64,000 nt of DNA from Octopus sinensis (taxonomy: Eukaryota), in assembly GCF_006345805.1 (NCBI RefSeq), contig NC_043001.1:46252001-46316000 (forward strand), given 5' to 3'. The notes under the pieces were generated by a model, which saw only the letters and a list, made by a program, of their open reading frames with translations, had not been told where the DNA came from and ran no database searches. Each line of letters starts with the position of its first letter. Within the stretch, counting starts at the first letter, position 1. This document shows positions 36,914-48,658 of this stretch, piece by piece. A program made the position numbers and the translations under genes.

Positions 36914-38863
36914 CATGTTTGACTTTTGCTTTATATTTGTACAAGTTGACTCCAAGTCTCACCCGGAGACCTCAAAAGACAACAGGTTGGAAGTTCACAT
37001 TGTTGTTATGCCTAGTGTGCCATATATTTGGTTGTTTTTTGTGTTGTACTGGTGGATGTCTAAAAAAAATGTTTGTTTTAAACCTTGAGATTACATAGAA
37101 AGTATTTTGCGTAGGATATGAGCAGTTCCCATGAGCACTATCTTTTGAATTTCTGCCATTTTTGGGGTTTCCTGGTATCTGAGTTAGGTAGCTATCAGCC
37201 CCTTTTGCTATCATTCCCAGGGCACCTATGACAACAGGTACTGTTTTAGTCTTCATGTTCCACATTTTGCTGATTTCTATTTCAAGATCTTTATATTTGC
37301 TCAGTTTTTGGTAGGTCTTGACAGATATGTTTATATCGATTGGGACAGTAATATCAATGAGGAGGCATGTTCTTTGTTTGAAGTCTTTCAATATGATGTC
37401 TGGCCTATTTGCATCTATCTTTCTATCAGTTTGAATGGTGAAGTTCCAGAGGAGTGAGATGTGGTCATTTTCAAGCACTGGGGGTGGTTTGTGTTCCCAC
37501 CATTTTTTTTTCATGGGGCAAATCCAGGTTTTTGCAGATTACCCAGTGAATATATTGTGCAGCTCTATCGTGCCTGTTGAGATACTCTGTAGGCGCTAGA
37601 AGACTGCACTTGGAGACCACATGATCAATGGTTTCATTTTATTGCTGGCATACACGACGCGTTGGACTGCTGCTGATCTTTAATATGTTGGTAGTTTCTT
37701 GTTGGTAGGCATTGATCTTGAGCTGCTATGATAAACCCCTCTGTTTCAGATTTTAAGCCAGAGGCCATTAGCCATTGATGGGTCAGGGCTTTGTCAACAT
37801 CTGCATTATTCGCTCTCTTTGGGTATTTGCCATAGAGAGGTTTTTCTTGCCATTTATCATTCAGAATATCTAAGGCCGCAGATTTAGCACGGGTTTTCAT
37901 GCGCTTAGCTTTTTCTGTGCCTGTTTCTTGTATGTCTATCTCTAATTCCGAAATTTGTTGTATTCGGAATTCACTTAGATATTCCTTTGCCTGTTTTGTT
38001 ACTGAGTATGATGCTTTCTTGTTTTCATGTTTTGAGACAAGTTTTAACATCCAGTCCTCAGAGTTTTTCAGGTAGGTGTCTAGGCTAATTGTAGCAATCT
38101 TCATTGTTATTGCCAGTTGTAAAAGTCCACGGCCTCCCTCTTTTCTTGGCAGATAAAGTCGTTCTGTATCTGCCTTAGGATGGTGCATTCTATGCATTGT
38201 CAACAGTTTTCGTATTTTTCTGTCAAGATTACATATTTCAGTAATTGACCAGTTAACGATATTGAAACTGTAAGTCACGACTGGTATGGCTAATGCATTG
38301 ATCGCTTCGATCCTGTTTCTCGCATTCAGCTCTGTCTTGAGTATTGCTCTTACTCTGCAATAACATTCTCTCCTGATCCTTTCCTTCATCTCTGAATGCC
38401 TTATTCCGTCTCCTTCAATTACCCCTAGATACTTGTAGTTCTCCGCTGGGTCTAATTCTTTTATGACATTCTCCTGGTCAAGGTTAACGTTAGATGTTTC
38501 TGTCATTTTTCCTTTGATAAAGGTAGCTTTTGCACACTTATCGAGGCCAAATTGCATTCTGATGTCATCACTGAATTGTTTGACAATCGCTAGTAAGCCC
38601 TTGAGTTGTTGGTCATTTTTTGCAAAGAGCTTTAAATCATCCATGTAAATGAGATGATTTATATTTTTATCAAACATTTTATATCCGTACTGCGCGTCAT
38701 TGAGCAGTTTTGAGAGAGGTATTAAGGCTAAACAGAAGAGGAGTGGTGAAAGTGAGTCACCCTGGAAAATGCCACATGAAATTTTTACATCACCAGCATT
38801 TAGAGATTCATTGTCACTGTTCAAAGTTAGTGTGGTTCTCCATGATCTCATACTTGCAGAAAA
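36914..38863 (-). mobile_element. 5'-truncated R4/Dong-clade non-LTR retrotransposon (RT, CCHC knuckle, PD-(D/E)xK restriction-like endonuclease), frameshifted
   Basis: ORF 37634-38851 has GIFQGDSLSPLLF and YMDDLKL. It is followed by ETIDHVVSKC and by ORF 36972-37514 with NRPDII...LIDITVP...KLSKYKDL. Flanked on both sides by (TAA)n. Confidence 0.92.
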
Positions 38864-38937
<74 letters not shown>

Positions 38938-38948
38938 CATTATTATTA

Positions 38949-39015
<67 letters not shown>

Positions 39016-39016
39016 T

Positions 39017-39742
39017 TCCCGATTGATTTGCATTTTATTTCGTCTTCCGACCCGGTTTCTAGCAGAGACCTAATACATGTATATATTAGATGGAGAGAAA
39101 CTTACCGAGAATGTGGGTAGTTGATGTCAACATACTTTTTTGAGTCTCATAGCTTGTTGGTTTCCCAGAGATCTGGTCAAAACATTTATCAGTACCTTTC
39201 TTGATCATTCCCAGGGCACCTACAACAACAGGGATGATTTTGGTTTTTAATTGCTATGTCCTGGATATCTCAATCTCAAGGTCCTTATATTTCGACAGTT
39301 TTTCGAATTCCTTTGCTGAGATGTTTCTATCAGTAGGCATTGTCATATCAATTAACAGGCATGTTTTTTTACTTAGGCCTTTGATGATAATGTCCGGTCT
39401 GTTATCATTTAATTGCCTGTCTGTATCCCATAATCCCATAGGATGATAACATTCTCTCCTTCAGTGACTGGATGGTGTTCATAGCAGTTCTTAGGGTGCG
39501 GGATATTATAGTGACGGCATATGCTCCAGTGCAAGTATTGGTCAACTCGATCATGCTTGGTCTTATATTCTGTAGGGCAAGGACTGAGCAACTGGCAACA
39601 ATGTGGTCAAGACAATCCAGTTTGTCATTTCAGAGTCTACACTTTGTGTCTACCTCATCGTGTAGTTCCGGGTGAGGAGACTCTGATCTTGTGCCGCCAG
39701 GATCCCTCTGTTTCAGCTTTCAAACTAACACTCTGCAGCCAT
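39017..39742 (-). mobile_element. Second, more decayed R4/Dong-type 3' fragment (knuckle plus endonuclease)
   Basis: ORFs 39254-39439 (NRPDIII...LIDMTMP...KLSKYKDLEIEI) and 39409-39591 (CPTEYKTKHDRV). Confidence 0.85.
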
Positions 39743-39899
39743 TATTATTACTATTATTATTATTCTGAGTTCAAATTCCGCCGATGTCGATTTTGTCTTT
39801 CGGGGTTAATAAATTAAGTACCAATGAAACACTGGGGTCGATGTAATCGACTAGTCCCCTCCCCACAAAATTTCAGGTCTTGTGCTTATAGTAAAAAGG

Positions 39900-39958
<59 letters not shown>

Positions 39959-39962
39959 CATC

Positions 39963-39998
<36 letters not shown>

Positions 39999-39999
<1 letters not shown>

Positions 40000-40242
40000 A
40001 CTTAGGTTTTGTTGGAACTCCTGGAGTCTTGCATGCGTAGCGGGCTTGCTACCTGCAGTCTACAGCCTACTACACCTTGCTACTTGTTCTTTTCAACTGT
40101 CTAATATTTTTCTGATTATTCTGGTCGTGCCAAGAAAGCAAACCTTTTATAATAACTCTACTGGGCACACTATTCTCATTTCTTTTATATTCCTCTTGAC
40201 ACCTTCTGATACTGTCCCCAAAGATCCAACAATAATTGGCAC
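39999..40242 (-). mobile_element. Third R4/Dong-type 3' end
   Basis: Minus frame reads VPIIVGSLGTVSEGVKRNIKEMRIVCPVELL*KVCFLGTTRIIRKILDS*. Confidence 0.75.
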
Positions 40243-40257
40243 ATTATTATTATTATT

Positions 40258-40470
40258 CAGTAGTTTTATTTTTATAGCGTGCTTTCACTTCACTACCGAG
40301 CGCAGCTCTGTGTGCCTTGGGTATGTGCTATGATTTGTTGTGATGCTCTGATGGTTACTGTATTGAAAGTGTTTTGCGTAGGGTGTGTGCAGTGCCCAGT
40401 AGTGCAATTTTCTGTATTTTATATGTGTTTGTAAGTCCTGGTGTTTCTATGTATTTGTCTGAATATTTTT
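40258..40470 (-). mobile_element. Fourth R4/Dong-type 3' end
   Basis: Minus frame reads TPGLTNTYKIQKIALLGTAHTLRKTLSIQ*. Confidence 0.8.
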
Positions 40471-40472
40471 AT

Positions 40473-40515
<43 letters not shown>

Positions 40516-40525
40516 GCTGCTACTG

Positions 40526-40579
<54 letters not shown>

Positions 40580-41350
40580 TTATTATTATGTGTATTTGCA
40601 AAATTACTGGAAAACGGCTGAATGGATTTTCGCCAGATTTGGCAGAAATACTCATTGGGTAAGTGGATCGAAATGATGAACATTTAGTTTGATTATCTTT
40701 AAAAAAAAACACAACAAAAAATCAAGCTTACAAATTTCCCTATAAGCAAGTGGTCATATTATTTTGTGTACTTTCTTTTTCATATGAATCAATCCTCGTC
40801 TGTGTGTGTATAGATTATGGTGTACCTATGCGCGTAGAAACGTGTGCGTACATACATACATACGCAACTCTGTGTGTGTGTGTGTGAGCAGTGATGGATT
40901 CGAGGGTTTCGTTTATTTAAGACTTGATTTCTGAATTTCACCCGAGTATAAAAATACCTATAATGGTGATACTTAAAAAAAACCCAATAAAATAAATATT
41001 GAATTCACAAATTTATCGATAAGCAAGTGGTCATATTATTTTGTTCACTTTCTTTTTCATATGAATCGAACCACGTTTGTGTGTGTATAGATCGTAGTGT
41101 GCCAACGGGCGTAGACACATGTACATTCATATATATATAAATACATACATAGCTATGCGACTCTGTGTGTGTGTGTGCGTGCGCGCGCACACATACATAC
41201 TGATGGATTCGAGGATTTCGTTTATTTACGAGTTGATTTCTTAATTTCACTGGAGTATAAATACCTATAATGTGATACTTAAAAAAAAATTAATTCAGCT
41301 CAATTAAAAATGATCGGAAGAGGAAGAAGTTGGCTTGAAACGTGGTTGGC

Positions 41351-41374
<24 letters not shown>

Positions 41375-41387
<13 letters not shown>

Positions 41388-41880
41388 GGTCACTTTCGAG
41401 TGCTACTCGTAACATATAACCCAGTACAACCTGTTGCATGGTCGGGCCGTCGGCGACTAAACCGGCAACCCCACCAAGCTTGCTTGGTGAGGAGGGTGTT
41501 TATTGGACACCCTGCGGGATGAAAAACAAAACCCGTCAAAGGGCGGAGGAACTCTTGGGAGTCAACGGCCATCCAATAAATGTGTCATTTTTTTCTCTTA
41601 AGGCTTAAGGCTGTATCATGCGCGGGGACATAGAAATAATCGGACTGAATACCCGATCGCGCGGTTAAGCCATTGGAAGTGAAGGACTCCTAGCCCTTGT
41701 TAGGGCATCCTTCTAGGAGAAGGTAACTCAGGTAACTGGGATAACTCCGACATAAAACCTGCGGCTCAGTGGTTACCGATGATGTTGACTTGTTCTTATT
41801 TTCGGATTATGGCTGCTGTTGCTTAGTGATTGGGACTAACTCAGTGCACAGCCTTTCCTCACTTAAAAAAAATCTTCCTG
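41375..41880 (+). mobile_element. GC-richer structured segment resembling an RTE-clade LINE 5' UTR
   Basis: Several hairpins and a ctaggagaaggtaactc motif. A short related piece occurs inverted at about 46990-47035. Confidence 0.4.
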
Positions 41881-42098
41881 CACAGGCATTGCACGATAAC
41901 AACATTGTTCGTGGTTGTTGATGGTGCTGTGAGTCTCAACTGAATGGCTGGCTGTAGCCTTAAAATGCAAATAAAATTCACATTCGATCACAGCACCAAT
42001 AACAGTTAAGCCTCGTGCAATGGCTATACTCGATAACGAGGGGTAGCTATCATATATATATATTCGTATATATATATGCATGCATGTATATATATATA

Positions 42099-42129
<31 letters not shown>

Positions 42130-42130
42130 C

Positions 42131-42159
<29 letters not shown>

Positions 42160-42161
<2 letters not shown>

Positions 42162-42698
42162 TTCAGATGAATATGGTACTTAAGTTGAGGCACCAGAATT
42201 TAGTACGATATTATCTATGCAATTTCAAAATAAGGTGATTAAAATCAAAATAAGCAACACGGATATCCAGAGGTAATGCAGCACGATCGTTTCATGCAAC
42301 TCCATTTAATTAAACAATGCAATCATTACGTCAATTTAACATGTAGTGCAATTTTCAGCTGCACAGACATAGAATTTAATTGAATTAGAACAGATGGACA
42401 CTTTAGTATAATTATACCTAAAATCTCCAAGAAGTGTCTACTTCAGCATAGAAGTAACTTCTATGCTGAAATAGGAACAACATGTTCTTTATCTATCTCC
42501 TTAACTTCTTGGAGATTTTAGGTATAATTATGCTAATGTGTCCATCTGTTCTAATTTAATTAAATTCTATGTCTGTGCAGCTGAAGATTGCTCTGCGTTT
42601 TAAATTGATGTAATGATTGCATTGTTTAATTAAATGGAGCTGCATGAAACGATCGTGCTGCATTACCTCTGGATATCCTTGTTGCTTAATTTGATTGT
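42160..42698. repeat. Large fold-back: two inverted copies of an element whose solo copy lies at 56383-56690
   Basis: Arms about 42248-42436 and 42503-42698 are reverse complements. There is a central 14-bp palindrome at about 42442-42470. Confidence 0.85.
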
Positions 42699-42937
42699 AT
42701 ATGTGTGTGCGCCTATGTGTGTGTGTGTGTGTGTGTGATGATAGATCGCTAGCCACTAAACCTTTTTCTATTTTCTCTCCCTGTTTATTTCTGTGTTCGT
42801 TTCTGTCGAAGAGTGTAGGCTCGAAACGTGAAAGACTTTCTCATTTCCCGAGCGTTAAACTAATACATCTGTTTGTTGTTTACACACCCGTCTTCGTCTT
42901 TTCTTTTTTTTTTTTGTAAATTCTCGCTATATATGTA

Positions 42938-43030
<93 letters not shown>

Positions 43031-43559
43031 CATGGAAAATGCGAGCATTTTACAGGACGGCCAATAACTTGTCCTGTACTTTTCCAGGTTTATAATCTTC
43101 AGAATATTACTTTTCATGCTCGCATTTTTCCATATAATACATGATTTTTCCAAGCATTGCTGTTATAAGGCAATGAATAATGTGTTAATTAATAGTTTAG
43201 GATTTTACCTTATAAAATACTAGGTATGGGATACATTGGCTGCTATGTGTAGTTGTCGAGAGACCGGGTAGAGGCTCTTTCATTGGTTTGATAGCGTGAT
43301 GAGATTTTTTTACACACATATGTATAATATGCATATATATCATTAGCAAAAGTTAGAGAGTAAGTCAAAAGCTGAGAGTTTCGTGTATTGGTACTTATCA
43401 AACACGAATTTGCCCATTATCACTCTTTAACTTGTGACGAAATAACTTCTAAGATACAAAATTTTGTCAAAAACGTTAATGTTGTGTGTGACACATTGTA
43501 CCAGTATCGAAAGTTTCAAAGTGTTTAGTTTTAAAAAAATAATTAAATAATCTGTACAT

Positions 43560-44235
43560 CAAATTGAATAGATCCGAAATGGATAAAAGGCAAAGTCGAC
43601 CGCGGCGGAATTTAAACTCAAAATGTAAACACAAGCGAAATACAGTTATGCACAAGGGGCTAAACACAGAGAGGACAAACAAGGACAGACAAAGGGATTA
43701 AGTCGATTACATCGACGCCAGTGCGTAACTGGTACTTAATTTATCGACCCCGAAGGGATGAAAGGTAAAGTCGACGTCGATGGAATTTGAACTCAGAACG
43801 TAACTGCAGACGAAATACCTATTTCTTTACTACCCACAAGGGGCTAAACACAGAGAGGACAAACAAGGACAGACAAAGGGATTAAGTCGATTACATCGAC
43901 GCCAGTGCGTAACTGGTACTTAATTTATCGACCCCGAAGGGATGAAAGGTAAAGTCGACGTCGATGGAATTTGAACTCAGAACGTAACTGCAGACGAAAT
44001 ACCTATTTCTTTACTACCCACAAGGGGCTAAACACAGAGAGGACAAACAAGGACAGACAAAGGGATTAAGTCGATTATATCGACCCCAGTGTGTAACTGG
44101 TACTTAATTTATCGACCCCGAAAGGATGAAAGGCAAAGTCGACCTCGGCGGAATTTAAACTCAGAACGTAACTGCAGACGAAATACCGCTAAGCATTTCG
44201 CCCGGCGTGCTAACGTTTCTGCCAGCTCACCGACT
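43560..44235 (-). mobile_element. Head-to-tail multimer of SINE family A with 184-bp period
   Basis: cacaaggggctaaacacag starts at 43651, 43835 and 44019. Confidence 0.9.
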
Positions 44236-44814
44236 AAGGACGTAAACATTCATTTTAACAATATATTCTTTAAATTCTTATTGCTAAGCGTTACTTCCTT
44301 ATTCTCTTTCTGACACGAAATTTCGTGGAATTTCACCCCATAACTTTTCTTCTACTAATTTTTGTTCAGTACGACTAATGACTCTGAATTCCTCATACGT
44401 TTTTCTATAATTTAAGCCTAAGAAAAGCATATTTTTATTTTAAAATTAAAAAGTTTACGTTCATTGAATGTGAATAGGTGCCTTACAGCCCCCTTGAGGT
44501 CGTAGATATTTTGTCTACTGAACCAAATCTCAAACTATTTATGTCACAGTGTAGCTGAGGATGTTTCCTCTTTAAAACTATTAACAACTATTTAGTTGAG
44601 AACTGAATTAGTGGTGAAGTTTGGAGCTGCCGCGATTGACGAAATGGTGGACTTAAGAATATATTCAACCACTACTGTGGCTGAATGATACATAAATACA
44701 GAAAACAAGAGAGAGAGAGAGAGAGAGAAACTGAGAGGCAGACATGTATGTGTACGTTTGTGTCGCAGAGACTTGCAAGAAAGGCTTTGTGATAAATATT
44801 AAGGGTGTACTTAC

Positions 44815-45713
44815 TGGTCATAACTGCGGAAAATCGACTTGAGACTTGGCATCCTCACGTTTCGGCGCTGTGCCGGTACGACATCGATTTTATCCCCGAA
44901 GTACTTTTCCATGATTCGATGGAGTTCCTTGATATATACTGCGTTAAGACTTGAATTCACACACTTCTGTAAAATGTCAGCGTTTAACAAAGATGTCCTC
45001 TTGCTGTTACGCCAGCGTAAACTCTTATCCATTCGGCGCGGGTTGTTGCCTCCACCTTCCAACTCGTGACGTAGCGGAATGTCGTCATCCTGTTCGGGCG
45101 TATCGTTTTGGTCGTGGGCTGCCTTCTCCCGCTCCAAGCTTATGTTGTTATTGTTGTTGTTGTTGTTCTCATTGTTGTCATCTTCATCGGCGGCACCACC
45201 ACCACCACCACCACCACCACCACCGCCGCCACCACCACCACCAGCAGCAGCAATAGCATCAGCAGCAACGGCCTTACCGCCATTGCCAGCGGCACCTACG
45301 CCACTATCAGCCCCTCCTCCACCTCCTACTCCACCACCACCACCACCACCACCAACAGCAGCGTTATGGCCACCACCGCCACCGATACCAACACCACCAC
45401 CACCTCCTCCTCCTCCTCCGCCGCCGCTACTGGCGTTACTTTTGTTGAGGTTCTTTCGGAGCAAGTGCAAATGAGCTCGGTTTGCTCCGGCTCTGGTGTT
45501 AGAGTAATCTATGCGATAGGGGTCGCTGACGGCCTGGCCCTCGCGAATTAGGTAGTATGCAGCCTCTTTGTCGCCAGCTGCGTCCATATCTGTCCCCAAG
45601 TAATCAGTGGAAGACATGGAGAAAAGTCGACTGACTAGGGCTGTATTTAACAGCACGACAGTTAAGACGAACGATAACGCAACCAATGTTAGGAGCCGTT
45701 GGAGGGTCTTCAT
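44815..45713 (-). CDS. FAM20C: FAM20C coding exon 1: signal peptide/type II anchor plus low-complexity Gly/Ala/Asn stem
   Basis: ORF MKTLQRLLTLVALSFVLTVVLLNTALVS... has a hydrophobic N-terminus. It ends GAC CA|gtaagt (donor 44814-44809, phase 2); CA+A joins exon 2 in frame as Gln. Confidence 0.85.
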
Positions 45714-46059
45714 GTCGTTTCATATGATATAATATAAATATATAAATATATATATATACGTATATGTAGACATGTAATATATATTTATTTATTTATATAC
45801 GTGTATATAAATACATATACATACATACACGCACACACATGTATATATGTATACACATATATACATATATTCTGTTTATCATTGGCTGTGTGAATACGAA
45901 GAGCTGTGAGGGACCGGTTGCGTAGATCTATATTGTCGAGTTGTGCATTGGCCAGTAGTGCAGCTGAAGCATTCTGGGAAGGAAGACAAAGGAACACCTG
46001 GCAAATAGAAAGAGAGAAAAAAAGAAAATGAATGAATGACTGACTCAAGAAAATGAATG

Positions 46060-46143
46060 ACAAAAAGCAAAATGACAACAACAATAACAATAAAAGATTA
46101 AGAAAAAGAAAAAAGCAGCAGCAGCAGTAGTAGCAGTAGCAGT

Positions 46144-46205
<62 letters not shown>

Positions 46206-46250
46206 AAGAAGAAGAAGTAGTAGAAGAAGAAGAAGAAGAAGAAGAAGAAA
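46060..46250. repeat. Compound trinucleotide tract (CAA/CAG/TAG/AAG)n upstream of the FAM20C start codon
   Basis: Direct inspection. Confidence 0.9.
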
Positions 46251-47461
46251 TTAAATGCTGCTAATATAATTATTTGATAAACTGGAAAATATTTGAAATT
46301 TTTGAAATTTAATTTAATAAAAAATGTGGAAATTAATATTCCACTGTAAATTACACAAACACACACACACACATACGCTGTATATAAAGATTTAAAACGA
46401 AAAGACCCTCCATAATAATTTAGTCTCATTTACGGAAAAATCATCAATAACAAACTAAATAACGACACCAACAAGGAAAACAACAATCTTTTTTATCTTT
46501 CACTTGTTTCAGCCATTGGACTGCGGCCATACTGGAGCACCACTTTTAAGGGGTTTTAGTCGAACAAATCGACCTTAGTATTAATTTTTTGAAATTTGGT
46601 ACTTAGACTATCGGTGCATTTTGTCGAACCGTTAAGTTAGTGAAAGTAAGCGAACAATACTGGTTGTCAAGTAATATATGTGTATGTGGGGGGAGGAGAC
46701 ATAAAGACAAAGACACAGATATGTATGTATATACATACATACATACATACATACATACATACATACATACATACATACATACATACATACATACATACAT
46801 ACATAATACATACATACATGATGGCTGCAACGCGGTAAACTAACACGGTAAACCAAAACGGTCGAACAAACACCGTCAACTACCCTCGTTGACAGTTCAC
46901 CCAGCTCTTATTTATCGTAATCGATTGGTCCACCTTCAGTCGCGTGAAGGGTTCAGAATTCTCCCGTAACATTTGCTGACGGTTTGATCATGCGCTGGGT
47001 TGTACTGGGTTACATGTTACCAGTAGCACTAAGAACGACCTGACATACATGTATTTATGTATGTATTTCGTTTTCACCGCTCCAAGTTATTCAAACAGAG
47101 CGAAATACATAGCTTTGTAAATATTTAGACATGATAATTTCAATAAAACGTTAAAAGGTGGTGGAAGATTTATGTGATATGCATTGAGTAAATTTGACTT
47201 GCTGTCAGACAATGGTAGTAGCTTCATTTTCTTAACATATGATGTTTAGAAGCTTTCAAATAGAAGTGGTCAAGCAAAACAAAAGAAAGAAAGAAAATGA
47301 AACCAATATTATACAAAAGGTAATTAATAGATATATACAAGGTAGGAAAAAGTCAAGCATAAAGTAAGCTCAATACGTTCCGTAATTGTCGAAGACGTTT
47401 CAATTTTCTAAAACTGACTTAAATAAATGATTAAATTAATTAATTAATTAATTAATTAATG

Positions 47462-47512
<51 letters not shown>

Positions 47513-48046
47513 GTAATACCTCAATATAAATAAAATGTCAAATGTTTTTGTGCGTGACTTTTGGTCCACCTTGAATATACATGATATGCGCTTATACCTA
47601 CATACATACATACAACCAAGTTTGATCACTCATAAAACCATTACATGTAAACCGAAAGATAATTGGTTAAAATAAAGGCGGGATCTATGCCAGTAATATC
47701 AGTGCACCCGGCAAACCGTGACATTTAAGTAGCATGCTGATTGGTCAAAACCGTATTCGAAAAAATTCAGCTTGTCGGAGGCTTCTAAAGGGCATAAAAA
47801 GGAAGTTAGTCATTACACCATAGTTGTCAAGCACTCAACTCAACTGTCAGCCAATATATTTTGAAATCTGATGATTACTACAAATGTGTGAAAGCGCTAA
47901 CTGAACTTTATGAACGTCACAAAATATTTTTTAAATGTTTAACACACTTCAAAATTGTAAAAGAATTTTGTTTAAATACAATAATAAAAACGCGAAAACC
48001 AGACCATGTGTAACTCTATTCAACTTACATATACATATACATACAC

Positions 48047-48098
<52 letters not shown>

Positions 48099-48124
48099 CT
48101 ATAATATATATATATATACGCACC

Positions 48125-48480
48125 ATTAATCAAGGGCCACTCGACTAATTGGAAGGATGACTAACGGAGAAACTCTAGTCTCTGGCTCACATGAGTGCTG
48201 TCTCCTCTCCTTGTCTATTTTATCGTTGCTATAATGGTCACTGTTCCTCGGAGCTGGCTGGCTGGTCTCGTACCTCGATTAGTCAAACACTCCAAATCAC
48301 TCGTCTCTGTCCAACTCTCGTCCTCTTTGTTACCTCCTCCAAACCCACTCCCCAGCCACTACACCCAATCATTCTTCGCTAGAACATCAGTACTTCGAAA
48401 TTTTCTCCCAATCTGTAATGTTCATGCAGGTGCTGAAGTACAGCGTTTTAAACGACCCATTAATAGCATCAACTTCATCG
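48125..48480 (+). mobile_element. CR1/L2-group LINE ORF2 3' fragment
   Basis: ORF 48191 reads SAVSSPCLFYRCYNGHCSSELAG and continues in another frame as SHYTQSFFARTSVLRNFLP. Confidence 0.75.
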
Positions 48481-48580
48481 GGCTCGAAGGGCCTGCGAAG
48501 GTCATGGCCACTGTCCCAGCCCACTACCAGACTCAGCAAATAATATGTGCACGCACGTGCATGTGATATGTGTAGTGTTG

Positions 48581-48622
<42 letters not shown>

Positions 48623-48623
48623 A

Positions 48624-48658
<35 letters not shown>

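Larger units (their letters stand above)
5633..45713 (-). other. FAM20C: Gene span (ATG to stop) of a FAM20C-like secretory-pathway Ser/Thr kinase: 8 coding exons, 656 aa, intron 1 about 24.4 kb
   Basis: Exon lengths 899+128+79+93+113+291+82+286 = 1971 nt, in frame across all GT-AG junctions. Fam20 motifs [66 protein letters not shown]. The GGTQLKL and ERHNAE wording fits FAM20C rather than FAM20B or the FAM20A pseudokinase (recalled family knowledge). Confidence 0.95.

Noticed and set aside
42803-42832. Hammerhead-like ctgtcga-agagtgtaggctc-gaaacgtga
   Set aside because: Core A6 is mutated (CUGUCGA) and the triplet is not NUH; a dead Penelope-type relic on the antisense strand.
43560-44235. 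Regularly spaced repeats considered as a CRISPR array
   Set aside because: Eukaryotic context; the units are whole 184-bp SINE copies with no unique spacers and no cas genes.
44839-45551. Poly-Pro, poly-Thr and poly-His ORFs on the + strand
   Set aside because: Antisense shadows of the poly-Gly coding repeat in FAM20C exon 1.
47720-47860. Inverted CCAAT boxes (gctgattggtc, tcagccaat) as a FAM20C promoter
   Set aside because: About 2 kb from the ATG with no TSS evidence; the context looks like a repeat fragment.
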